Shown here one piece after another: positions 40,763-50,383 of a DNA stretch of 64,000 bases (positions are counted from its first letter, which is position 1; each line of letters starts with the position of its first letter). The stretch spans positions 96,001 to 160,000 of the forward strand of contig CBDCCZ010000018.1 of assembly GCA_965215005.1 (NCBI GenBank), read 5' to 3'. The translations under genes and the position numbers were made by a program. Below the pieces are notes generated by a model. It was not told the origin of the DNA, did no database searches, and worked only from the letters and a program-made list of their open reading frames with translations. This DNA is from Kofleriaceae bacterium (GTDB lineage Bacteria; Myxococcota_A; Polyangia; Haliangiales; Haliangiaceae).

Positions 40763-42420
40763 TGCCGCGAGGAGCAAGCGTGGCGTTCATGATGGCGCTG
40801 ATCATCGCGTCGCTCACCGCACGCGCCGGCGCCGCACCCGAGCGCCAGCTGATGCTTGCCGAGCTGCCGGCGCCCCGTCCGCAGACGCTGCGGATGCGCA
40901 TCGCCCTCACGCCGGCGCAAGCCGTCACGCCCGCTTGGACGGCCACCGACACCGGCCGTTTCGAGTTACTCGGCAGCCCCCGCCGCGGTCTCGGCGAGGA
41001 CAGTCTCGCCGAGCGGGTGATCTTCCGTTTCAACCTAGGTTTTGGCCTCGACGGAGGTCAACCCACCGGAGTCGACGCGCGCAAGGTCTCGGGCCTGCCG
41101 CTCCGCGAAGGTGAATATGATCGCTTGCGCCTGTACAGCTTTGGCGACGCGATCCTCGGTAGCCGCGGCCTTGCAGTTCCGAGCTTGTCGACCTACGCCG
41201 CGGCGCAGTTTCGTTTCGACCAGGCGTCCGATGCGCGCTCGACTCCGGTTCCCAGCGTGTACGACGCCAACATCAGCGACGTCCAAGTTCGCAGCGCGTA
41301 CGCCGAGCTCGATGGAACCCTGCGCGCGCCGTGGCTAGCGCCGCTGTTCGTCCGCGCCGGCCGCCAGTTTCGCTTTGGTCCCGCCATCGCCCACTTCGAT
41401 GGCATCACGGTCGGCTGGGACGGCCAAGCCGTGGCGGTGGGTGCCTATGTCGGCCAGCACGTCATTCTCTATGACTACGAAGGCGGCGCCGCGCAGTACG
41501 ATCGCGACGTGCTCGCCGGCGCCGACGTGCGCGTCGACCTCTACCAGCTGCGTGGGTGGCCGCTGGTGCTCGGCTCGCGCCTACTGCAGCAAGGCGAGCA
41601 CACGCACAGCGACTGGAACCTGGCGCTGCGCTGGAGTCGCGACATTCTCCTGGGCGGCGACGTGCGCTTCATCGATACCCGCTCCGCGCAGCAACGCGTG
41701 AGCATGCGCGCGCGGCTGGGCGAGGTCACCATCCTCAGCGCTGAGGTCGACAACCACACCAGCGCCGATTGGATCTACGACCTCTTACTCATCGAGCGGC
41801 CGACCGACGCCACCGATCCCCGTCGCTATCTCGACCTCGGGCCGCGGCTGCCGCGGGTGTTCATGAACCTGCGTGCCGGCACCGTGCTACTCGACAACAT
41901 CGACCTCTTAGTGCGCGCCGGAGCTGCTTTCGAGACCGCCAGCAGCACCGCTCCAACCTCGAGCTTTGCCAGCGACTACCTCGAGGCGGGTGGCGCGCTC
42001 GAGCTACGACTTCGCCGTTCGCTCAGCTTTGGCGTCTCGGCGCTCGCCCGGCGCTATGACCGTATCGAGCCCGAGCTGCCGGTCCAGAGCGACCGCGCCG
42101 ACCCGCTGCCGCTATCCACCGGCAGCTTCGGCGAGCGCTCGTTTTTCGAAGGCGGCTCGACCTTGCGCTACACCCAAGGAGCGCGCCGCTTCAGTGCCTC
42201 CGCCGAGCTCTATGGGCGCTCCTCTCGCTACCAATCGCCGTGGATTGCGAGCCAAGACGAGCGCTCCGACGTCCGCGGCGGCGGCCGCTTTGCAGTCGAG
42301 GGCTGGGCGGGCGACTCGCTGCGCCTGCGCGTCGAATACGACGTTTCCTCGCAGCTGCGGCTCGCGCAAGAGCTTCGCGGCCTCAAGAGCCTGCGCGTCA
42401 TGACCGAGGGCCGCTTTTGA
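40762..42420 (+). CDS. Outer-membrane beta-barrel protein (552 aa), putative porin partner of the cytochrome
   Basis: TGATG coupling to the cytochrome, signal peptide (..ARAGA), many amphipathic strands, RAGRQF motif, C-terminal Phe (EGRF). Confidence 0.78.
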   Translation: MPRGASVAFMMALIIASLTARAGAAPERQLMLAELPAPRPQTLRMRIALTPAQAVTPAWTATDTGRFELLGSPRRGLGEDSLAERVIFRFNLGFGLDGGQPTGVDARKVSGLPLREGEYDRLRLYSFGDAILGSRGLAVPSLSTYAAAQFRFDQASDARSTPVPSVYDANISDVQVRSAYAELDGTLRAPWLAPLFVRAGRQFRFGPAIAHFDGITVGWDGQAVAVGAYVGQHVILYDYEGGAAQYDRDVLAGADVRVDLYQLRGWPLVLGSRLLQQGEHTHSDWNLALRWSRDILLGGDVRFIDTRSAQQRVSMRARLGEVTILSAEVDNHTSADWIYDLLLIERPTDATDPRRYLDLGPRLPRVFMNLRAGTVLLDNIDLLVRAGAAFETASSTAPTSSFASDYLEAGGALELRLRRSLSFGVSALARRYDRIEPELPVQSDRADPLPLSTGSFGERSFFEGGSTLRYTQGARRFSASAELYGRSSRYQSPWIASQDERSDVRGGGRFAVEGWAGDSLRLRVEYDVSSQLRLAQELRGLKSLRVMTEGRF

Positions 42421-42479
42421 GGCTTCAATTGCGCGGGTCGTCGCCAATCGCGATCGCGGCAGCGTGTTACACGACCCTC

Positions 42480-43268
42480 ATGCTGTATGTTCGCGCTCGT
42501 CGCTGGGTGCTCATGGCGATCGCCGCTGCTCTCGCTCACGCGCCGCTACCCGCACGTGCGGGCATCGTCAACGTCCAGTCAATCCTCACCGCCGAGGCCG
42601 AGGAAGGCTTCTCCGGGGCAGTTTCTGGCTCCATCGATTGGCGCACCGGCTCGACCGATCTGCTTCTGCTATCCGCCGCTCCGGTCGCGCGGTATCGCCA
42701 AAGCGACCACCTCATTATCGGCATCGTCCGCGGCGAGCTCGGCCGAACCGACGGCCAACGCATCATTGCCCGCACGTTCGAGCACCTGCGTTACCGCTAT
42801 CAACTGCGCGACTGGATCTTGGCCGAGGTCTTCACCCAGCATGAATACGATGACTTTCGCCGCCTGCGACTGCGAGCGCTGCTCGGCGCAGGCCCCAAAG
42901 TCGATCTGTTTCGTGGCGAGCACGGCGGGATCGGGCTCGGGCTCGCCTACATGCTCGAATACGAACAGCTGCAAGACGATGACGAGGTCGACGCTGGTCG
43001 CACCGATCTAGCGCATCGCCTCTCCAGCTATCTTGTCGGCACCTACGATGTCGATGAGCGACTGCAGCTCGTGGAAACGCTGTACGCGCAGCCGCGCTTG
43101 ACCGATGCCAGTGACCTTCGCCTGCTCAGCGACAGCTCGCTGATCGTTGCGCTCAGCAAGGCGTTTTCGGTCACCACGACCTTCAGCCTGTCGTGGGACA
43201 CCGAAACCCCCGCCAGCATCGTCGAGCTCGAGACGGCGCTCAAGAGCGCGATCGCGTATACCTTTTGA
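42480..43268 (+). CDS. DUF481-like outer-membrane beta-barrel
   Basis: Signal peptide followed by GIVNVQ; FEHLRYRY, FTQHEYD..RRL..R.LLGAGP; ends AYTF. Confidence 0.78.
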   Translation: MLYVRARRWVLMAIAAALAHAPLPARAGIVNVQSILTAEAEEGFSGAVSGSIDWRTGSTDLLLLSAAPVARYRQSDHLIIGIVRGELGRTDGQRIIARTFEHLRYRYQLRDWILAEVFTQHEYDDFRRLRLRALLGAGPKVDLFRGEHGGIGLGLAYMLEYEQLQDDDEVDAGRTDLAHRLSSYLVGTYDVDERLQLVETLYAQPRLTDASDLRLLSDSSLIVALSKAFSVTTTFSLSWDTETPASIVELETALKSAIAYTF

Positions 43269-43272
43269 GCTC

Positions 43273-43620
43273 ATGCCCCGCTGGCAACGCGCTTACTTCA
43301 CCGTCTGCTGCGCCATCATCGGCTACTGCCTTGCCTATGTGCTCAGCGACTTCGGCGGCTGGCCGCGGCTTACGTATTTTCAACTCGAGCGTGAGTGGCG
43401 GCTCGTTGCGGGTCCGCCGGGGTTCTTGCCATCGAACTATCTCGGCACTGTGTCCTGGGGCGTTGGCGGCTTCGTCATCGGCGGCGCGCTCGGCGCGCTT
43501 GGATCACTGATTCCCCGGCGCGAGCTCGAGCGGCGCTGGAACCTGCTGTTCGGTGCCTGGGCGCTCACCGCCTTCACGTACGCAGGCCTCTACTTCACTT
43601 GGAATCTGTGGCCGTTCTGA
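43273..43620 (+). CDS. Small three-TM membrane protein
   Basis: 115 aa with three hydrophobic segments; starts 4 nt after the DUF481-like gene. Confidence 0.7.
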   Translation: MPRWQRAYFTVCCAIIGYCLAYVLSDFGGWPRLTYFQLEREWRLVAGPPGFLPSNYLGTVSWGVGGFVIGGALGALGSLIPRRELERRWNLLFGAWALTAFTYAGLYFTWNLWPF

Positions 43621-44508
43621 GGAACCGACCAGCTTGACGATCAGTGAGCCCAGCGTGAGCAGCATGACCGCCGCCAGCGAGCGGCGCAGCAGCGTGTCGG
43701 GGAGCGAGCGCGTGAGCGAAGCGCCCACTTGCGCCGCCAGCGCCGAACCGATCATCAACGTCACCGCGAGCCCGAGATGGACGTGGCCCATCATGGCGTG
43801 GCGCGCCGTGCCCCACAGCGCAACGGCGAGCACCACCACGATGCCAGTGCCGGCGGTTTTGCGAATGCTGAAGCCGAACCCGTAGAGCATGATCGGAATC
43901 AACAAGATGCCGCCGCCGATCCCGAGAAACCCAGCGAGCAGGCCGTTGACGAGCCCGATGTAGCCAACCACCACCCCCGAGACCTCGCCAACCCCCGCCG
44001 CTGGCAGCCGCGTCATCGGGCCAATCGCGAGCTTGCCCAGCGGCCCCGCCTCGCGCGGCTCCTCTTTGGTCGGCGCAGGTCGCGTCCATAACAGCCAAGC
44101 GATGGCGCAAAACAGCACCGCGTAGCCGGTGGTGACCGCAAGCGGCAGTGCCCGCGTGCTCACGCCGGCGATCGTGACGCTACCGAGCTTTGAGAGCGCT
44201 CCCAGCAAACGCGCCCCAGCGTCGACACCGAGCACGCTGCCGCCAAGCAGCATGATGTCGAAGCGGACCTCGGCGTGGCCCATGGTGCGATAGCGAAGCA
44301 GCGCGCCGAGCGCATTGGCAATGGTGGCGCAAAGACCGGCGCCCACTGCCGCGGGTAGCGGGATCCCGAGCAACACGTGCATGAGTGGGATCAACAAGAA
44401 GCCGCCGCCAACACCAAACATGCCGGCGATCAGACCAACCCCGATCCCAAGCGCGACCACTGCCGGTAGCCAAACCGACGCGTCGCCGACCGTGAGCATG
44501 AGACTCAT
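43504..44508 (-). CDS. TauE/SafE (TSUP) sulfite exporter family membrane protein
   Basis: Duplicated G(M/F)xG(V/I)GGG(F/I)LLIP motifs, ~8 TMs. Confidence 0.88.
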   Translation of the reverse strand: MSLMLTVGDASVWLPAVVALGIGVGLIAGMFGVGGGFLLIPLMHVLLGIPLPAAVGAGLCATIANALGALLRYRTMGHAEVRFDIMLLGGSVLGVDAGARLLGALSKLGSVTIAGVSTRALPLAVTTGYAVLFCAIAWLLWTRPAPTKEEPREAGPLGKLAIGPMTRLPAAGVGEVSGVVVGYIGLVNGLLAGFLGIGGGILLIPIMLYGFGFSIRKTAGTGIVVVLAVALWGTARHAMMGHVHLGLAVTLMIGSALAAQVGASLTRSLPDTLLRRSLAAVMLLTLGSLIVKLVGSSERPQIPSEVEACVREGGERPGTEQQVPAPLELAPGNQ

Positions 44509-44510
44509 CG

Positions 44511-44657
44511 TCAGATTTGGTAGTCGAGCATCGAGCGCTTCGCCGCTTTGTCATCGCGGCGGCGAAACAGCCATGCGGCGATGGCGCCCCAGAGCGCGGG
44601 CACGGCTACGCACGCAGTGACGTACGCGGCGGAGACGAGAGACGGTGACACCTTCAT
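44511..44657 (-). CDS. Small single-TM protein (48 aa) ending MLDYQI
   Basis: MKVSPSLVSAAYVTACVAVPALWGAIAAWLFRRRDDKAAKRSMLDYQI; stop lies 2 nt before the TSUP start. Confidence 0.55.
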   Translation of the reverse strand: MKVSPSLVSAAYVTACVAVPALWGAIAAWLFRRRDDKAAKRSMLDYQI

Positions 44658-44718
44658 CGGCAGGTCCGCCCACGCTACCAGCGCCGCCGCCACTCGGCAA
44701 CCACGGCGTCGCTGCGCT

Positions 44719-45399
44719 TCAGGTGTGCACAGCGCGCGCCCGTGCGGTGGCGAGCACGTGAGCATCCAAGAGCTGCCAGCGCGCAGTGATTGCCAGAGGA
44801 CCTTCGCCCGCGCGACCCGCATAGGCGACCTCGGCGGTGCCGTCGGCACCGGGCCACACCGTTACCTCGAGAAACCCTACATAGCGATGCACAAACGGAT
44901 CGATGGCTTTGTAGATCGCTTCTTTGAGCGCGAACCGGATCATCAACGCCGCGCCATACTGCGCCGGTGGCTGCGCAGCCAAATGTGCTCGCTCGGCCTC
45001 GGTGAGGACGCGGCGGGCGATGTCGCGGCGAGGAGCGGCAAGCTCTTCGAGATCGACGCCCAAGGTCGCAAAGCTGTCATCGCGGCGTGCCGCCAAGGCC
45101 ACCGCAAGGCCGCGCTTGTGGCTAATGGAGCCGGCGAAGTCGCTCGGCACCAGCGGTGCACCGCGATGATTGGCAAGCAGCGGAGCATCAGCGCGATCGC
45201 CGGCGTGCTGCAGAGCCGCGCGCAGCGCCAAGCGACCAGCGACCCATTCCGCAGCGCGCAGCGGAGCCAGCTGGGCCGCAAAGACGCGCTCGTCGGGGTG
45301 CAGCGCCGTCGCCGCGGCCTGCTGTGCGGACTCGTTTTGCGGAAGCGGCACCGTCGCGCAGTGGCCGTACTCGAGGCGTAGCAGCGTGAGCGGGCTCAT
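44719..45399 (-). CDS. 4'-phosphopantetheinyl transferase, EntD/Sfp-type
   Basis: AGR...[27 protein letters not shown]. Confidence 0.9.
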   Translation of the reverse strand: MSPLTLLRLEYGHCATVPLPQNESAQQAAATALHPDERVFAAQLAPLRAAEWVAGRLALRAALQHAGDRADAPLLANHRGAPLVPSDFAGSISHKRGLAVALAARRDDSFATLGVDLEELAAPRRDIARRVLTEAERAHLAAQPPAQYGAALMIRFALKEAIYKAIDPFVHRYVGFLEVTVWPGADGTAEVAYAGRAGEGPLAITARWQLLDAHVLATARARAVHT

Positions 45400-46322
45400 G
45401 CCTCGACTCCGAGCTCGAGGGCGGCGCCGGTCCAGCGCACCACGCGATCGCGGCAAGCAACGTCGGCCCACGCGAAGTTGAGCAGCTCGGCGGGAACGCA
45501 CGGCGCAAACGCGCTGCGCAAGCCAGCGGCATGGGCTAAGAAGCCGCACAACCCAGCGGGCGTGTAATGCTCGCGCAGCACAGCGGCACCGACCGCACCA
45601 TGCAGCTTGGCAAGCTTTGGCCCGCGCGGCTCGAGCAACAGCAGGTGATGCCGGTATCGCGGCGTCGGCAGCTCGAGCAGGCGTTGCAGCAAAATTTGGG
45701 TGGCGGTGCTGGCGGCGAGATCGCGGCCGCGAACGACGTGCGTGACGCCGGCGGCGGCATCATCGACGACCACCACCAAATGGTAGGCAAAGGCGCCATC
45801 GCGGCGAACGACCACCGGATCGCCCATGTCGAGGGCGGGCGTTTGCGATAAGTCTGAGCCGCCATCGTCGATGAGCTCGACGCGCTGGAGCGGCAGCATC
45901 ACGCGGATCGCTTCGGCGCACGCGCGCCATCCGCCGACCGGGAGTGCGCGGCCGCGGCAGCGGTTGTCATACGCCCAGCCACCATCGGCGGCAGGACGCG
46001 CCGCAGCGCGCAGCTCAGCGCGGCTGCAGCGACACGGATAGAGATGGCCGCCTACGGCGAGCCGATCGAGCGCGGCCTCGTGCTGCGCGCGCAGCCGATC
46101 TTGATACTGCACCAGGTCCCAATCGAGGCCAAACCACGCCAAATCGGCGGCCATCGCGGTCGCAAAGTGCGGCTTGCAGCGCTCGGGATCGAGGTTCTCG
46201 AGTCGCAACACGAGGCGGCGGTGCTGCGAGCGGGCCTCGAGCCAAACCAGCAGCGCCGACAACAGCGTGCCCGGGTGCGCTGGACCCGTGGTCGACGGAG
46301 CAAATCGCGTGCAGCCAGTCAT
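45396..46322 (-). CDS. gluQ: Glutamyl-Q tRNA(Asp) synthetase-like protein
   Basis: [11 protein letters not shown] (HIGH-like), YPCRCSR...YDNRCR, RRDG..AYHL.VVVDD, RGRDL, KLAK; no anticodon-binding domain. Confidence 0.85.
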   Translation of the reverse strand: MTGCTRFAPSTTGPAHPGTLLSALLVWLEARSQHRRLVLRLENLDPERCKPHFATAMAADLAWFGLDWDLVQYQDRLRAQHEAALDRLAVGGHLYPCRCSRAELRAAARPAADGGWAYDNRCRGRALPVGGWRACAEAIRVMLPLQRVELIDDGGSDLSQTPALDMGDPVVVRRDGAFAYHLVVVVDDAAAGVTHVVRGRDLAASTATQILLQRLLELPTPRYRHHLLLLEPRGPKLAKLHGAVGAAVLREHYTPAGLCGFLAHAAGLRSAFAPCVPAELLNFAWADVACRDRVVRWTGAALELGVEA

Positions 46323-46420
46323 CGCTCGCGCAAAGAGTACGCAACCGAGGCGACCCTCGCCAGCGGCTGATCGAACCTGCGGCCCCTCGATCGCCGCGGC
46401 AATCGTCGCATCATGGCGGC

Positions 46421-47203
<783 letters not shown>

Positions 47204-47228
47204 GTCGACGCCGCGGAGCCATGACGCG

Positions 47229-47297
47229 CCCTGATGCGGGGCAAGGGCGGCAGGCTTCTGCGGCTCACGTGCCCCCTTCGGCGTCTTCTCAAGCGAT
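47229..47297 (-). repeat. Dispersed element, copy C (shorter)
   Basis: Minus strand reads ATCGCTTGAGAAGACGCCGAAGGGGGCACGTGAGCCGCAGAAGCCTGCCGCCCTTGCCCCGCATCAGGG, matching the core of copy B. Confidence 0.88.
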
Positions 47298-47318
47298 TAA
47301 CAATCGCCAGCCGTCGCG

Positions 47319-48884
47319 TCATGAATCGCGCATCGCCACACCGGCTTCACGCGCCGCACGATAGCGATCGAGATACGTTTCGATGACGCGGTCGCCATCA
47401 AGGCCGAGGATCTTGGTGTACTCGACGAGAAAGCCGCGCACGTACACCGGCGCCGGCAGCTTGCTGTAGTTCTCGCCTTCGATGGCTGCCAGATACGCCA
47501 TGCCGATCTTGGTGCGCTCGGCGATCTCGCGCAGGTCGATGCCACCGGCTTCGCGAATCTGCTGCAATAGCGGCCCGGTATACACGGTTTCCGCGGCCAA
47601 CTCCGGCATCGGCGGCCGCTCGACGGCCGGCGCCTCGACGCGCTTGATCGGCGGACTCGGCGCCCGACCAACGCCGGCCGAGGGCAGGCCATCGGGGAAC
47701 AGCTTGTGGTCGTAGGCCTTGCGCGAGGCGGCATCCATGAGCGTTGCATACGCATCGTCGAACCGGCGATGCAGCACCTCGAGTCGCTCGACGCTATAGA
47801 GCCCGCTCATGACCACCGATTCTGGCCCGTAGACCTCGCGAATGCGGCGATTGGCGCGGCGAATGTCTTCGAAGCTAGCAGTTGGCGGAACCTCGAGAAG
47901 CTCGTAATAGGTATCGCCGGAGACGACCTCGGTGATGGCCTTATCGGAGGTCTTGCCGCTCTGATCGCGCATCGCGAGCAGCCGCCGCGTAACCTTTTCG
48001 ATGCACTTGGAGACCCGCGACTCGGGATGCTCGACCAGCAGCGGCCGGCGGCGACGAACCGCGACCCACACCGCCTCGTCGTACTCGAGATGTCCCAGAT
48101 AGGTGATCGGCAAGCCCAGACGCCTGCGACCCGCGGCGGCAACGGCGCGCCCCAGCTCCATGTCGGCCTTGGAACGCACGCAGTTGATCACCAGCTGCGG
48201 CCGCATCGACAGCACCAGCCGCTTGACCTCGGCGGCGCGCTGCGGATCGCGATCGACCGCGCGCAGATACGAATCCAGCGGCGAGGGCATACCGCCCTCG
48301 TAGCCCGCCGCTTCCTCCGGCGACACCCGCGCGATCTCGGCCAGCTCGGCTTGCCGCAGCTGGCGCTGGAACGCCACTCGCAAAAAACGGTAACAAAGCT
48401 CGACCGAGGTTGGCTCAGGCACCGCGACCAGCACCGGCGTGTCTGCGGCAAGCAGCATATCGATGGCGTGGGTGCCGGTGCCGGTGGCGGTATCGACGAC
48501 CACGAAGTCGGCATCGATGGTGCGTAGCTCCTCGACGAGCTGGCGCACGTGCGACGGCTTGGGATTGGCAATCCATGGCGGATCGGTGGCGCCGGAGATG
48601 AGGTGCAGCCCCGGCACCGGTGTGGGCTCGACGAGATCGGCCAACGGCGTTGGCGACTTGCCAAGCGCCTCGGAAAGAGTGCGCCGCGGCCGCGCCACGC
48701 CTGTGAAGATGTGTAGATTGGCGCCGCCGAGGGCGCCATCGACGAGCACCACGCGCTTGCCCAGGGTCGACAGGAAGATGCCGAGGTTGGCAGCGATGAG
48801 GCTCTTGCCCGCCCCGCCCTTGCCTCCTGCCACCGCGACGATGCGCGGACGCCGAGATTCGGAGCTGCTGTTCTGGCTCACCAC
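47319..48884 (-). CDS. MinD/FlhG-like P-loop ATPase fused to a J-like domain and a RodZ-type HTH
   Basis: GGKGGAGKS, ANL, PEPTS; YYELLEVPPTASFEDIRRA; LQQIREAGGIDLREIAERTKI..YL.AIE..Y..LP..VYVRGF. Confidence 0.85.
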   Translation of the reverse strand: MVSQNSSSESRRPRIVAVAGGKGGAGKSLIAANLGIFLSTLGKRVVLVDGALGGANLHIFTGVARPRRTLSEALGKSPTPLADLVEPTPVPGLHLISGATDPPWIANPKPSHVRQLVEELRTIDADFVVVDTATGTGTHAIDMLLAADTPVLVAVPEPTSVELCYRFLRVAFQRQLRQAELAEIARVSPEEAAGYEGGMPSPLDSYLRAVDRDPQRAAEVKRLVLSMRPQLVINCVRSKADMELGRAVAAAGRRRLGLPITYLGHLEYDEAVWVAVRRRRPLLVEHPESRVSKCIEKVTRRLLAMRDQSGKTSDKAITEVVSGDTYYELLEVPPTASFEDIRRANRRIREVYGPESVVMSGLYSVERLEVLHRRFDDAYATLMDAASRKAYDHKLFPDGLPSAGVGRAPSPPIKRVEAPAVERPPMPELAAETVYTGPLLQQIREAGGIDLREIAERTKIGMAYLAAIEGENYSKLPAPVYVRGFLVEYTKILGLDGDRVIETYLDRYRAAREAGVAMRDS

Positions 48885-48896
48885 GGCGGGACTCTA

Positions 48897-50300
48897 CTAC
48901 AAACCCGGTGGCTCGCTAGCATGGGTGGAGAGGCCGCGCACCGCCCTGGCGACGGCTGCGCGTTCTTCGACGCGCGGCAAGGTGCGAACGTCTAGCAGCA
49001 CCCGCTCTTGGGCGAGGCGCCCGATGACAGGCGGGGCGTGGGCGCGCAGCCGTGCGTCGAGCTCAGCGGCGGATACGTGCTCGGCCGCGAGCGTCACCGC
49101 GAACGAGGCGGGCCGGGCGGTGGGCATCGAGCCGCCGCCCACGGCGGAGTCGCAGCGGCGAATGTCGATGATCAATCCTGCGGGTGCGCCAATGCGTTGC
49201 AACAGCTCTTGGGCGCGCGCCTCAAGCTCCGCCTCGGTCGCCGCCAGCATGGCCACGGTCGGCACCGCCATGGCCATGCCGTCGCGATACAGCGACAGCG
49301 TCGCCTCGAGCGCCGCGAGCACCAACTTGTCGGGACGCAGCGCGCGCATCAGCGGATGCCGCCGGCAGCGCTCGATGAGCTCGCCGCGACCGGCCAGAAT
49401 TCCGGCCTGCGGGCCGCCGAGGAGCTTGTCGCCGGAGAACGTCACCACGTCGATTCCGCTGGCGATGATGGCGCCAACGCTCGGTTCCGCGGGCAGCCCA
49501 AACGACGCCTGCAGCTCGGCCTCGAGCAGCGACCCGGCGCCGAGATCCATCATGCTCATGACCCCGCGCTCGCGGCCGAGCCACGCCAGCTCACGCGCTC
49601 CGACCTCTGCGACGAAGCCGTGCATCGCGAAGTTCGATCGGTGCACTTTCAGTAGCGCCGCGGTGTCGGTCGCGAGCGCAGCCTGGTAATCGCCAAGATG
49701 AGTGCGATTGGTGCAGCCTACCTCCACGAGCCGGACTCCGGCGCTGCGCATCACCTCGGGAATTCGAAACGAGCCGCCGATCTCCACCAGCTCGCCCCGC
49801 GAGACCACCACCTCGCCAGGTGCCGCAAGCGCCGCAAGCGCGAGCAGCACGGCGGCAGCGTTGTTGTTGACGACCACCGCGTCCTCGGCGCCGGTGAGCG
49901 CGCCGAGCGCGGCGAGCAAGTGATGATAACGACTGCCGCGGCGGCCGGTCTGCAGGTCGTACTCGAGGTTGCAGTAGCCGCTGGCGACCTCGACGAGGCG
50001 ATCGAGCGCCACCTTGGGCAGCGGCGCCCGTCCCAGGTTGGTGTGCAGGACCACGCCAGTGGCGTTGATCACGGACGTGAGCGATGGTGCTGCGAGGGCG
50101 CGAGCCAGCGCTGCGATGGCGGGCACCAGCTCCTCGCTCACGGCGCGGCCTGCGCGCAACGCCGCGCGGCGCGCATCGATGACTCGTCGCACGGCTTCGA
50201 CCAAGGCCCATCGAGGCGCATCGATGGCGGCGATGGCCGGGCGGCGAAGCACCTCATCGACCTGCGGAAGCGCGGCCAGCTGCTGATGGAGCGTGCTCAT
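48897..50300 (-). CDS. selA: L-seryl-tRNA(Sec) selenium transferase
   Basis: INATGVVLHTNLGRA, NNNAAA, SRGELVEIGGSFRIP, FSGDKLLGGPQAG. Confidence 0.96.
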   Translation of the reverse strand: MSTLHQQLAALPQVDEVLRRPAIAAIDAPRWALVEAVRRVIDARRAALRAGRAVSEELVPAIAALARALAAPSLTSVINATGVVLHTNLGRAPLPKVALDRLVEVASGYCNLEYDLQTGRRGSRYHHLLAALGALTGAEDAVVVNNNAAAVLLALAALAAPGEVVVSRGELVEIGGSFRIPEVMRSAGVRLVEVGCTNRTHLGDYQAALATDTAALLKVHRSNFAMHGFVAEVGARELAWLGRERGVMSMMDLGAGSLLEAELQASFGLPAEPSVGAIIASGIDVVTFSGDKLLGGPQAGILAGRGELIERCRRHPLMRALRPDKLVLAALEATLSLYRDGMAMAVPTVAMLAATEAELEARAQELLQRIGAPAGLIIDIRRCDSAVGGGSMPTARPASFAVTLAAEHVSAAELDARLRAHAPPVIGRLAQERVLLDVRTLPRVEERAAVARAVRGLSTHASEPPGL

Positions 50301-50383
50301 CGGCGGGCAATCCGCCGGCGACTGTACCGCCATCCACCGATGGGCCGCGCGAGCTCTGCACAAGATGCTAGGTTGAAAGGGTC

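Noticed and set aside
48897..50300. Selenoprotein (in-frame UGA) or tRNA-Sec near selA
   Set aside because: No ORF pair with UGA at a Cys-like position and no tRNA cloverleaf were recognised by eye; a bSECIS or tRNAscan search would be needed to exclude them fully
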